From Candidatus Velthaea sp. (GTDB taxonomy: Bacteria; Vulcanimicrobiota; Vulcanimicrobiia; Vulcanimicrobiales; Vulcanimicrobiaceae): DNA of 64,000 nt. Positions 1-9,681 of the stretch are shown here, one piece after another (position 1 is the stretch's first letter; every line of letters begins with the position of its first letter). A model generated the notes under the pieces. It did not search any database. It was not told where the DNA came from and saw only the letters and a list, made by a program, of their open reading frames with translations. A program made the position numbers and the translations under genes. The DNA lies in NCBI GenBank assembly GCA_965214935.1, contig CBDCCS010000022.1:640001-704000 (forward strand), written 5' to 3'.

Positions 1-478
1 TATACACCAGGTTGACCGTCTTTGCCGTGGCGCCGTTGATGCCCGTTACCGTTGCGTTGGTCATCATCGAGCCGCTTTTCGGCGTAACGGTCCCGTTCGT
101 CATCATCGAGCGTGCTTTGTTCGCCGGAAGATCCCACGCGTAATCGCCTTCGCCGCTGCCGTTCATTGCCTTGGGGAACACAACGACTTCGAGCGCTCGC
201 GCCGCTCCCGATGCAGCGGATGGAACGTTCGCGGTGCCGATGTACGTCCCGGTTGTGATGTCGGCGGCCGATCCTTGCACGACGCCGACAACCTTCGTTT
301 TCGCATCGATTGCAACGGTCACGGCACCAGCCGGCGTGGCGACGGTGAGTGCCGTAGCCGTTACTTTGGTCAGCGTTCCGCGTACGTGCCTGACCGGCGC
401 ATCGGCAAATGCCGCACCGGCAACAAGGAACGGTGTAAGCGACAAAGCCGCGATCGGGATGCTATGCGTTAATCTCAT
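1..478 (-). CDS. Secreted protein, DUF5666-like (3' end runs off the window)
   Basis: Not in the ORF track. ATG at 478 gives MRLTHSIPIAALSLTPFLVAGAAFADAPVRHVRGT...GTYIGTANVP...ALEVVVFPKAMNGSGEGDYAWDL..., with a signal peptide, two SMMTNxTVT repeats and no stop before the edge. Confidence 0.65.
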   Translation of the reverse strand, partial: MRLTHSIPIAALSLTPFLVAGAAFADAPVRHVRGTLTKVTATALTVATPAGAVTVAIDAKTKVVGVVQGSAADITTGTYIGTANVPSAASGAARALEVVVFPKAMNGSGEGDYAWDLPANKARSMMTNGTVTPKSGSMMTNATVTGINGATAKTVNLVY

Positions 479-574
479 ACGCTGCTTGCAACCAAGACCG
501 ATCGCGACGGTTGCATGCGCCGGAAGACGAGCGCATATCGCATCGAACGCGCGGCGCCGCAGCCTCAGATCGCG

Positions 575-1006
575 TTAGGGCCGGCCGTCGTCCCGGTGTC
601 GCCGGCCGGCGTCATCGTTACTATTTTGGCCGTTGTAACCGTATTGACCGTTATCGGCGTAGCGCGAGCGATCGCCGAAGTTGCCGTTACTCGCCAGATA
701 ACAGCTGCCGTTCGAACAGGAAACCCGCTGATCGTTCGTTTGCGGATAATACGAATAGCCGTTTGACTCGACGATATGGCCGTCCGCGTAAACACGCGAA
801 CCGTCCGGCAAATACCCGCTGATCGTTCGCGATTGCGCGTTTTTGTGCGCAACGTTCGACTCGATTGCAAGGCCGGCCAGCGCCGCTGCTCCGAGAATGA
901 TATTGCGAGTCGAAGCGGCGCTGTCGGCCAGGGCCGGTGCCGGCTGCGTGAGACCGAGCGTTGCAGCGGCGGCCAGCGCCGCGATCGCTAGTTGGAACTT
1001 CTTCAT
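575..1006 (-). CDS. Secreted hypothetical protein
   Basis: GAGGAG RBS, signal peptide ending ALA-D, G/N/Y-rich low-complexity C-terminus. Confidence 0.75.
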   Translation of the reverse strand: MKKFQLAIAALAAAATLGLTQPAPALADSAASTRNIILGAAALAGLAIESNVAHKNAQSRTISGYLPDGSRVYADGHIVESNGYSYYPQTNDQRVSCSNGSCYLASNGNFGDRSRYADNGQYGYNGQNSNDDAGRRHRDDGRP

Positions 1007-1100
1007 AGAGATGTCTCCTCGGACGCAATGCTAGCGCCGGAACTTGGTAACGCGCATACAGCAGCATGAAAGCCACATAAGAATCCGCAGCTCAGAACGG

Positions 1101-1742
1101 TTACGCGCGTTCGCTTAGCCAACGCGCGATATCATCGATCTCACGCTTCGAGATGGAATGTGCGTGCTCGTAATCGCGTGCGGTCAATTCCGCGCCGCTC
1201 GTGGTTGACAAGTATGTTTGCGTTTGACGCACGAGCGACGCCGGAATGACGTCGTCGAACGTGCCGCGCCCGTAGAAGACCGGCAGGCCCTGTAAACGCT
1301 CCGCACCCGCGGCTAACCCGCTATCGAGCGGCAGCGCACCGCTGAGCAAAATCGCGCCTGCATAGCGGGCCGGATCGTCGAGGATGAGCGCACCCGCCAT
1401 CATCATCCCGGCGCTGAATCCGAGCAGAAAAAGCGGCCCGGTCTCGTTTGCCGCTGCAAACCGATCGAGCCAGTGTCGGACCGTTGCGATCGACGCTCGC
1501 AAGCTTTTGGCGAGCGGCTGCGCGGCGCCACGGCTCTCAAACCAAGTATAGCCGCTGCCGTCGAAATCAAGTAAGCCGCGCAGACTGACATAGGTCAAGG
1601 CCTGCGGCAAGGCATCGGCAAGCGACATGAGATCGTATTCGTCGGCGCCGCGCCCGTGCAAGAAAACGACGATCGGACGACCGGAGGTCGATCTGCCCGG
1701 GTTTCGCCAAAGTGCGATCGGGACGTCGGGTGACGGTTCCAT
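1101..1742 (-). CDS. Phospholipase/carboxylesterase (alpha/beta hydrolase)
   Basis: FLHGRGA, nucleophile elbow GFSAG, D in DDVIP, C-terminal His. Likely start MEPSPDVP at 1742. Confidence 0.85.
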   Translation of the reverse strand: MEPSPDVPIALWRNPGRSTSGRPIVVFLHGRGADEYDLMSLADALPQALTYVSLRGLLDFDGSGYTWFESRGAAQPLAKSLRASIATVRHWLDRFAAANETGPLFLLGFSAGMMMAGALILDDPARYAGAILLSGALPLDSGLAAGAERLQGLPVFYGRGTFDDVIPASLVRQTQTYLSTTSGAELTARDYEHAHSISKREIDDIARWLSERA

Positions 1743-2019
1743 CGTGGCTAGTACAGCTGGGCCGAGCGTTCGGTGTCGAGATGCTGCAGGCGCACCTCGG
1801 GATAGCGTGCACCGGTATCCGAGACGACCTGGCCGTCCGTTCCGAAAATTCGCAGTTTCATTTCTCACGAACAATCGCACATTGCATCAAAGCTGTCCAT
1901 CCGCGGACTGCCGCGCCCGCAACGTATGCCGCCGCCGACCTCAACTGCCCGAGCGACATGGCCGCTGCTGCCGCATCCATTCCAGGATGGAGCAGGCGCG
2001 CACGCGCATCTGTGTCGCG

Positions 2020-3517
2020 ATGCATTGGAAGGCAAAGATCGTAGCTGCATGGTGCGCCGCAGCGTTTGTGCCGGGCGCGGTATTCGCCGCCATGGACGCA
2101 ACGCCGGCGTCGCGTCCGGCTGCGGTGCAGACGGCGATCACGCATCATACCGCATCGATCGGCGGCCGTAGCGTACGGTACACGGCGACGGCAAGCACGA
2201 TCGTCATCACGAATGCAAAAGACGAACCGCTGGCAACGATGTTTTACGTCGCGTACACGGCGGACAATCTTGCATCGGGCACGCGCCGTCCGCTGACATT
2301 CGCTTACAACGGCGGCCCGGGCGGATCGTCGGCGCTCATTCATCTCGGCGCCTTTGGTCCGCGCACGGTCGTCACGACCAATGCGGCAGCCACCGCGCCG
2401 CCGCCGTACAGCATGACCGATAATGCGAGCAGCTTGCTCGATGCGAGCGATCTTGTGTTCGTTGACGCGATCGGCACGGGTTTCAGCCGGCTGACCGGTA
2501 ACGGAACGGCCAAAGACTTCTATAGCATCGACGGTGACGGCCACGCATTCGCACAATTCATCCGCAAATACATCACCCTCAACAATCGCTGGAACTCACC
2601 CAAGTATCTAGCCGGAGAAAGTTACGGCACGACGCGTTCGTGGTTCTTGCCGACATGCTGCAAAACGACGGCATCGTGCTCAGCGGGATAACGCTCATTT
2701 CAACGGTGCTCGATTTCGCGACATTGGAATCCGCTCCGGGCAACGACGAACCGTATTGGCTCTATCTACCGACCGAAGCCGCCGTCGCCGCGTATCATCA
2801 TAAACTGCCGGTGCCGCCCAGCGACCTTCCGGCATTTCTACAAACGTGCGCGCTTTCGCGCAAGGTCCATACTTGCAGGCGCTGTCCAAAGGTGCGGCAC
2901 TCGGCCCGGCCGAGCGCGAAGCGGTCGCCCAAGAGCTGCACGCGGATACCAGCTTACCCGTCGATTATCTCATTCGCTCGAATCTCCGCGTCGAGCCCGA
3001 GCGCTTCGAGAAGCAACTGCTCGGCGCAACCGCCGAAACCGTCGGCCGGTACGACGGACGCTTTCGCGAATTCGACGTGGACCCAATTTCAGCCGGCGCC
3101 GATAGCGATGCTTCCGCCGATGCGATCTTCGGCGCGTTCAGTGCGTCGTTCAACCGCTACGTGCGCGAAGAATTGCACTACCGCACCGATGCGAACTACA
3201 ACTTTCTTAGTGGGGAAGTTAACGGTCACTGGCAGTGGTCGCGCGGAGAACGGTCGCGACCGACCGGCGTTAACGTCCTACGCGACCTACGCGACGTAAT
3301 GACCGCCAATCCGTATTTGCGCGTGTTTTCCCCGAACGGCATCTACGATCTGGCCACGCCGTTTTTTGCAACGGAATATTCACTTGCGCATGTGGACGTC
3401 AACCCGGCGCTGCAAGCGCACATCTCGTACGGCTTTTATCCTGCGGGTCACATGATTTACCTCAACCCGGTCGCTCACGCGCAACTCAAAGCCGATCTCG
3501 TTAAATTTTATCGCTGA
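2020..3517 (+). pseudogene. Peptidase S10 (serine carboxypeptidase), split by two frameshifts; pseudogene or assembly error
   Basis: Signal peptide, NGGPGGSS, DAIGTGFS and GESYG in frame 1; continues at ~2640 in a second frame and at ~2845 in a third, with DLATPFF and GHMIY completing the catalytic triad. Confidence 0.85.
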
Positions 3518-3821
3518 CCGGTGACAAGATGTGCAGTAGGCGCGACGCCATGAGGTCTTTGGTTTTTGCGCCGAACGCCGCCATATGCGGCGCGATCGAA
3601 TGCGCGCGCAACGCCGGTGCACTTGCCCATTTTTCAACGACGATAAAGGTGTCGGGACCGAGCGGTGCCTGCATATCTTCGAGTCCGGCGGCGTCGACCG
3701 TAGCGGTGTACTCGATGCACCCGGGTTCGGCAAGCACGGCCGGGACGTTTGCTTGAAACGCCTCGAGCACGGCGTCGCGCTGACCCGGCTTCGTCGTGAG
3801 AATTGCGATGAGATGCAGCAT
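3501..3821 (-). CDS. Antibiotic biosynthesis monooxygenase family (YgiN-like putative quinol monooxygenase)
   Basis: MLHLIAILTTKPGQR...EPGCIEY...EKWAS..AL.AH..APHM. Confidence 0.85.
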   Translation of the reverse strand: MLHLIAILTTKPGQRDAVLEAFQANVPAVLAEPGCIEYTATVDAAGLEDMQAPLGPDTFIVVEKWASAPALRAHSIAPHMAAFGAKTKDLMASRLLHILSPVSDKI

Positions 3822-3898
3822 ACCGGCTCGTTCCGCGTCGTGCGCCGGCGCCCCGCCCGCCCGCCCGTGCACGACGATTCGTCGATATCCGAGCCGCC

Positions 3899-5191
3899 GT
3901 GCGTTTCTCGCTCGGCGTAAACTACTGGCCCCAGCGAACGGCGACGGCGATGTGGCGAGATTTCGATCCGGGTGAAATCCGCGAAGACTTCGCGCGCATT
4001 GCGGCGCTCGGTTTAGACACCGTCCGCATTTTCGTCCGCTGGGATCAATTTCAACCGGCAGCCGATCGGCTCGACGCAGAAATGATCGAGCGCTTCGAGT
4101 CGGTCCTGGCCCTTGCTGCCGGCGCCGAACTGCGCGTGATGCCGGTATTATTCTGCGGACACATGAGCGGCGTCAATTACTTGCCCGCCTGGACGTTGGA
4201 CCGCGCGCGCAGCAGCGGCCGGTACCGGACACGAAACGACGCGGGAGAGTCGGCCAACGGCATCTCGCAACTCTATACCGGTCCGCTTCTTGACGCGCAG
4301 GTGTACTTTGCCCGTACGATCGGCGCATGCGTTCGCGAACATCCGGCCATCGCTGCTTGGGATATCGGCCACGCCTTTACCAGCGTATGCGCGCCCTCCG
4401 GCGGGAAAGTGCAGTCGGGCGAACATTCGACCCAACCGGTAAGTGAATACGACGTCGCCGGCTGGAGCCGCCGGCTTACGGCGGCATTGAGAGAATCTTC
4501 GGGGCTGCCGGCGACCGCCGGAACGCATGCCGATGATGTCGTGTACGACCGCAACGTCCGCTTCGGTTCGCTGTGCGCGCCCTTCGCGTTCGCATCGATG
4601 CAAGCGTCGCCGCTGCGAAGTGCGTTCGCGCGTAGCCGGAACGATCCCGAGGTCGTGCCGTTTCTCGCCTTTGTGACCGCCGCATTTTCATCCAAGCCCG
4701 TACTGGTGACGGGCTTCGGTAATCCGACATGTCCGAGCGGAAAGTTCTCAGCGTTCGAACGCTTTGCGCTCGACGGCGAGCCGCCGAATGTTTCGATAGC
4801 AGCCGACGACTCGGTGTTCGCGCCGTATCCATGTCTGACCGAAGATGAAAACGCGCGGCACTGCACGAGCGTGCTCGAGCGGTTACACGCCGACGGCCGG
4901 CTCGGCGCGTACTGGTGGTGCTGGGCCGATTACCGCGCGGACTTACGCGAACCGCCGTACGACCTTGCGCCGTACGAGCGCACGTATGGAATCGTGCGCA
5001 GCGACGGTACGGAAAAACCCGTCGCCGCTGCGTTGGCAGCGTTCGCACGACAGCAGCGCGATGTCGTCAAAACGAATGACATGCCGATGATTGCAAGCGC
5101 TTATTGGTATCGCACGCTGCCGTCGAGCGCGAGTACGGTGTACGAGGCGTTTCTCGGCGCACTTGACGAACGCCGTCAAGCCGCCTCGTAA
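3899..5191 (+). CDS. GH5/clan GH-A-like TIM-barrel protein, catalytic Glu residues apparently absent
   Basis: GVNYWP, D.VRIF..W..FQP, GHMSG.N, WWCWADY and final G+..DG..KP motifs; WDIGHAF and VTGFG stand where NEP and EEFG are expected. Confidence 0.75.
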   Translation: MRFSLGVNYWPQRTATAMWRDFDPGEIREDFARIAALGLDTVRIFVRWDQFQPAADRLDAEMIERFESVLALAAGAELRVMPVLFCGHMSGVNYLPAWTLDRARSSGRYRTRNDAGESANGISQLYTGPLLDAQVYFARTIGACVREHPAIAAWDIGHAFTSVCAPSGGKVQSGEHSTQPVSEYDVAGWSRRLTAALRESSGLPATAGTHADDVVYDRNVRFGSLCAPFAFASMQASPLRSAFARSRNDPEVVPFLAFVTAAFSSKPVLVTGFGNPTCPSGKFSAFERFALDGEPPNVSIAADDSVFAPYPCLTEDENARHCTSVLERLHADGRLGAYWWCWADYRADLREPPYDLAPYERTYGIVRSDGTEKPVAAALAAFARQQRDVVKTNDMPMIASAYWYRTLPSSASTVYEAFLGALDERRQAAS

Positions 5192-5192
5192 G

Positions 5193-6122
5193 ATGCATCC
5201 GGCGTCGATCGTCGTCGATCGTTTGGTGAAGCGCTTCGGCACGGTCGAAGCGGTTGCCGACCTCAGCTTCTCCGTTCCGCCCGGAACGATCTTCGGATTG
5301 CTCGGCCGCAACGGAGCGGGCAAAACCACGACGCTCGAATGCTGCATCGGCATCAGCAAACCGACCTCGGGTACGGTCCGCGTTCTCGATCTCGATCCGA
5401 CGCGCGTCCGCGACTTAGCGAAATTGCGCCGGCGTATCGGCGTCCAGTTGCAAGCAACGTCGCTGCCCGAAAAAGCCGCAGTGCGCGAAGTGCTCGAGTT
5501 ATACGCCGCGTATTACGGCATTGCGCCGCGCGTTGCGGCGACCGCCGAACGCGTCGGGCTCGAAGACAAACTCGATCGGCAGATCGCGCACATGTCGGGC
5601 GGGGAACAGCAGCGGTTGGCGCTCGCCTTAGCGTTGCAGCACGATCCCGACGTGCTGTTTCTCGACGAGCCGACGGCCGGAATGGATGCATTCGGGCGGC
5701 GCATCTTGTGGGCCGAAGCGCAGCGTTTACGCGCCGCCGGAAAGACGCTCGTATTGACCACCCATTACATCGAAGAAGCCGAACGGCTCAGCGATTGGAT
5801 CTGCGTGGTCCAGCGCGGGAAAATCGTCGCTCAGGGTGCGCCGGCCGAACTTGTCGCCCGGCACGGCGGCGACTCGACGGTAACCATCGTCGCCGCGGGT
5901 TTCGCACCCGACGACTCGCTTGCCGGCCTCGGAACGTGGACCAAAACGCGTGAAGAGTGGAAGCTCGCGACGCGCACCGAACCCGGGCTTGCACTCGCGG
6001 CGATCGTGACGCGCGCAAACGCAACGAACGCCGTTATCACGGCGATCGATATGCATCGGCCGACGCTCGAAGATGCCTTTATCGCCATTACCGGCGAAGC
6101 AATCGAAGATACGGAGGGATAG
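5193..6122 (+). CDS. ABC-2 type exporter, ATP-binding subunit
   Basis: Walker A GRNGAGKT, signature MSGGE, Walker B LFLDEPT, switch TTH. Confidence 0.92.
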   Translation: MHPASIVVDRLVKRFGTVEAVADLSFSVPPGTIFGLLGRNGAGKTTTLECCIGISKPTSGTVRVLDLDPTRVRDLAKLRRRIGVQLQATSLPEKAAVREVLELYAAYYGIAPRVAATAERVGLEDKLDRQIAHMSGGEQQRLALALALQHDPDVLFLDEPTAGMDAFGRRILWAEAQRLRAAGKTLVLTTHYIEEAERLSDWICVVQRGKIVAQGAPAELVARHGGDSTVTIVAAGFAPDDSLAGLGTWTKTREEWKLATRTEPGLALAAIVTRANATNAVITAIDMHRPTLEDAFIAITGEAIEDTEG

Positions 6123-6124
6123 CG

Positions 6125-6862
6125 ATGCTTGCAATGTTCGCAACGCAAACGAAGATGAACTTTTTGTGGTATTTCCGGCGCGACGGCGAGATGGTGTTTT
6201 GGACGTTAGCAATGCCCGTGTTCTTTTTAGTGCTGTTTTCGTTTGCGTTCTCGGACGGCGGTTCATCGAAATCATCGGCGTTTCTGGTGCCCGGCATCAT
6301 CGGCGCGCAAGTGCTCAGTTCGGGCTTTTGGGGCGTCGGCGTTATGCTCGCAACGTTTCGTGAAAAACATTTGCTGCGCCGGGTGTACATCACGCCGATG
6401 CCGCCCTGGATCTTCTTTGCGTCGCTCGTAACGTATCGCGTCGCGCTGCTCGCCGCCCAAGCGATCATCCTCATCACCGTCGGCGCGTTGCTTTTCCACG
6501 TGAAGATCATCGGTAATCCGCTCGTCGTTCTGGGCGTGCTCCTGCTCGGCACCGCCACCTTCGTTTCGCTCGGCACGATCATCGGCGCGCTCGCGCGTAC
6601 GACGGAAAGCGCCAACAACATCGCGTCGATTCTCACCGTACCGCTGGCGTTCGTATCCGATGCATACGTGCCGATCGACCGCTTTCCGCACGCGGTCGCA
6701 GCCGCTCTCCGCATGCTGCCTTCGACGGAGTTTATCGACACGTTTCGGGGCGTGGCCGTCGGCGGAACCTCGCTTGCGCACTATGCGGGCTGGCTCGCCT
6801 TATTGGTCCTCTGGATGCTGGCCGGCACGATCGTGAGCGCGCGAACGTTTCGCTGGGTGTAA
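6125..6862 (+). CDS. ABC-2 type exporter, permease
   Basis: About six hydrophobic segments, FLVPGIIG and RE...LRR motifs; GGAGGG RBS directly after the ATPase gene. Confidence 0.9.
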   Translation: MLAMFATQTKMNFLWYFRRDGEMVFWTLAMPVFFLVLFSFAFSDGGSSKSSAFLVPGIIGAQVLSSGFWGVGVMLATFREKHLLRRVYITPMPPWIFFASLVTYRVALLAAQAIILITVGALLFHVKIIGNPLVVLGVLLLGTATFVSLGTIIGALARTTESANNIASILTVPLAFVSDAYVPIDRFPHAVAAALRMLPSTEFIDTFRGVAVGGTSLAHYAGWLALLVLWMLAGTIVSARTFRWV

Positions 6863-6909
6863 GCCGGTCGCCGAGGGGTGATTAGCCGTTCCGGCCAACA
6901 GCGGCCAGC

Positions 6910-7404
6910 GTGCGCACCGCAACGGATGACCTCGTCGCAAACGCCGTCGTTCACGAGGCGGACTTCGAGGGACCGCGCGCCGTTATCCCAAGCAAGCACG
7001 TCGCGATCGTCACCTGCATGGATTCACGCATCGACATCTTCCGGATCTTCGGACTCGAGTCCGGTGAAGCGCATATCATGCGCAACGCGGGCGGCCTCGT
7101 ATCGGAAGATATGCTGCGCTCGCTTGTGCTTTCGCAGCGGCGTTTACAAACGCGCGAGATCGTTCTGATGCACCATACGAATTGCGGCTTGCACGGAACC
7201 GATGAAGCGGCTTTGCGAGCGGAGATCGCGGCCGACGCCGGTCAGCCGCCGCCTTATGCGTTCGGCGCCTTCTCCGATATTGCCGGCGCCGTCCGCAGCG
7301 CGATCGCACGGGTACGCGAGCATCCGTACCTCCCGCACCGCGACCTCGTTCGCGGTTTCATCTATGAAGTCGAGACGGGCCACTTGCGAGAGATTTTCGT
7401 GTAG
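6910..7404 (+). CDS. Beta-class carbonic anhydrase (clade D type)
   Basis: Zn ligands CMDSR and HHTNCG, RNAGG, C-terminal GFIYEVETG. Confidence 0.92.
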   Translation: MRTATDDLVANAVVHEADFEGPRAVIPSKHVAIVTCMDSRIDIFRIFGLESGEAHIMRNAGGLVSEDMLRSLVLSQRRLQTREIVLMHHTNCGLHGTDEAALRAEIAADAGQPPPYAFGAFSDIAGAVRSAIARVREHPYLPHRDLVRGFIYEVETGHLREIFV

Positions 7405-7419
7405 CGCGCCGGTGTAAAT

Positions 7420-8595
7420 TTGGGCATAGGACCGCTGTTGGAAACCCAAAGCGTTCCGTCTGCGGCCCCGCATCTCTACCCCGACGCGTTGACCGAGCCG
7501 CTCGGCATACCCGATGACGTCATTCCCGCCAATGCGCCGAAGCTCTGGATTCCGCGCCGCGTCCTACTGACGCCGTCGGCGCGAACCTGGCCCCTAGCAA
7601 CGCGCATTGCCGAGCGCGCAGCTGCATTGGGCGCCGACATCGTCGAGCTTAAAGCCGACCGGCTCGACGATCTGCGCGGCGCCGACGCGCGTCAAACATA
7701 CGTGCGGGCGAAAACGACGCTGGCCGTGGTGGTCTCCCCGCCATCGCAGCGTAAGCTGCAGCCGATCCCGCCCAGCGCTGATTGGCAATTTCATCTCGCC
7801 CGCGGATGCCCGGCGCATTGCCAATACTGTTATCTCGCCGGTTCGCTCAGCGGCCCGCCGGTTACGCGAGTATTTGCAAACTTGCCCGAGATACTTGCCG
7901 GGCTCAAGCCGTACCTCGACACCGGTACGGTGACGTCGCGCTCGCGCGACCGAGCGAATGAAGGGACGACATTCGAGGCATCGTGTTACACCGATCCGCT
8001 CGCGCTCGAACATCTTACCGGCGCGCTGGCGGAAACGATCGAATTTTTCGGTGCTTGGGAAGCGCCGGTGCAATTGCGCTGGACGACAAAATTTGATGCC
8101 GTTAGCGGATTGCTCGGCATCGCGCATAACGAGCGCACGCGCGTACGCTTTTCGGTCAACGCGCGCGATATCACGCGCCGGTTCGAAGGCGGCACTGCTT
8201 CACTCGACGACCGGATCGGCGCGCTGCGACGGCTGGCACGAGCCGGGTACCCGGTCGGCTTGACGATTGCGCCGATCATGCCGATACCGGAGTGGCGAGC
8301 CGCCTACGAAGAGCTGTTGACGCTAGTCGAACGCGCAACGGCCGATCTGCCCGCTATCGACCTCACCGTCGAACTCATTACCCACCGCTTCACGCCCGGT
8401 TCGAAAGACGTTCTCATGGAATGGTATCCTTCAACGAAGCTCGAGATGGACGAAACCACGCGCGCTCAGAAGCGGACGAAATTCGGTTCGACCAAGTATG
8501 TTTACCGCGCCGACGTCATGCGCGATTTGCGCGCTTTCTTCGAGACACAAATCGCAAAACGATTACCCAAAGCGCACATCCTTTACTGGACCTAA
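7420..8595 (+). CDS. splB: Spore photoproduct lyase family radical SAM enzyme
   Basis: GCPAHCQYCYL (CxxxCxxC), FEASCYTD (H-donor Cys region), ELITHRFT, KFG..KYVY, C-terminal LYWT. Confidence 0.88.
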   Translation: MGIGPLLETQSVPSAAPHLYPDALTEPLGIPDDVIPANAPKLWIPRRVLLTPSARTWPLATRIAERAAALGADIVELKADRLDDLRGADARQTYVRAKTTLAVVVSPPSQRKLQPIPPSADWQFHLARGCPAHCQYCYLAGSLSGPPVTRVFANLPEILAGLKPYLDTGTVTSRSRDRANEGTTFEASCYTDPLALEHLTGALAETIEFFGAWEAPVQLRWTTKFDAVSGLLGIAHNERTRVRFSVNARDITRRFEGGTASLDDRIGALRRLARAGYPVGLTIAPIMPIPEWRAAYEELLTLVERATADLPAIDLTVELITHRFTPGSKDVLMEWYPSTKLEMDETTRAQKRTKFGSTKYVYRADVMRDLRAFFETQIAKRLPKAHILYWT

Positions 8596-8610
8596 AAGTA
8601 CGGGACGGCG

Positions 8611-9582
8611 TCACGATTCGGACTCGGTTAAGAGAACATCGCGGATCGCGGCTTCGATAAACGCGTTGTCCGGCGCATTCACGCCGGCGCCGGCCGCATG
8701 ACCCCAATCGCTCGGGATCACCCGTAAGTCGGCGTGCACCAAGTGCCGAACCTCGATCTCACTGTCCTCGGGTGGAAAATATGTATCGCTGCGACTCGGC
8801 ACGACGACGGCGCGCGCGACGATCGAGCCGAGTGCAGCAGTAAAATCGCCGTTGAAACGCACGTCGTCGGAAATATCGGCGCCGCGCCACGTCGCAAACA
8901 TTGCGCGCAGGTCGCGCGGATCGGACGCGAAGGCCGCCGGTCCGTACCATTCGTCGACGAATGCTTCGAGTGTCGGGCTGCCGAGTTCGCGCCAGAGTTC
9001 CTTGCGATAAAAGGCTTGCGAGAGCCCCCATGCCGCCCAAATGCGACCGAGCGTCGCTGCTCCGGCAGTTTCGAGCGTCGCTATTGCACCGTCGAGAAAC
9101 ACACGGTTGTGCGCCGATGTACGTGCCGAACCGCACACCGGCACGATGCGTTCGACGAAGCCGGGAAACGCGCAAGCCCAATGAAACGACTGTTGTGCAC
9201 CCATCGAGAAGCCGGTCACGAGTGCAACTTTCGTCACGCCGAATCGCTCGGTCACCAGCCGGTGGGCGGCACGCACATTGTCATAGACGCTGACATACGG
9301 AAAGGGGTCGATGTCGGATCGCTGACTCGGCGACGTCGACAGACCGTTGCCGAACAAGTTCGTCGCGATGACGAACCAGCGCGCCGGATCGAAGGCAGCT
9401 CCGGGTCCGATGAGCCACGCACTATCGGCATGCGTTCCGCCGTAAGCGCTCGGAATGACGACGACGTTCGAGCGCTCCGCGTTCAGCGTTCCGTGCGCCG
9501 CATAAGCAAGTTGCGCTGAAGGTAACAAACCGCCGTGCGCAAGGCGCAGATCGCCGAGATCGAAGAGTTCGTAATGGGCCAT
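8611..9582 (-). CDS. Homoserine O-acetyltransferase-like alpha/beta hydrolase
   Basis: LAY...GTLN, N.FGNG.S.SPS, GFSMG, D.YFPP, WGH.AG. Confidence 0.85.
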   Translation of the reverse strand: MAHYELFDLGDLRLAHGGLLPSAQLAYAAHGTLNAERSNVVVIPSAYGGTHADSAWLIGPGAAFDPARWFVIATNLFGNGLSTSPSQRSDIDPFPYVSVYDNVRAAHRLVTERFGVTKVALVTGFSMGAQQSFHWACAFPGFVERIVPVCGSARTSAHNRVFLDGAIATLETAGAATLGRIWAAWGLSQAFYRKELWRELGSPTLEAFVDEWYGPAAFASDPRDLRAMFATWRGADISDDVRFNGDFTAALGSIVARAVVVPSRSDTYFPPEDSEIEVRHLVHADLRVIPSDWGHAAGAGVNAPDNAFIEAAIRDVLLTESES

Positions 9583-9681
9583 GCTCGCCTTATCGCATAG
9601 CAGCCTATAAATGACTGCCGTCGGGCGGAAAAAAGCCGGTACATCGCAAGCGACGTACCGGCTCCATTGGTAGACCGAGCG

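Noticed and set aside
171..578. + strand 135-aa ORF and many similar antisense ORFs (e.g. 16979-18178, 62387-63205)
   Set aside because: Antisense shadows of well-supported genes, expected in high-GC DNA.
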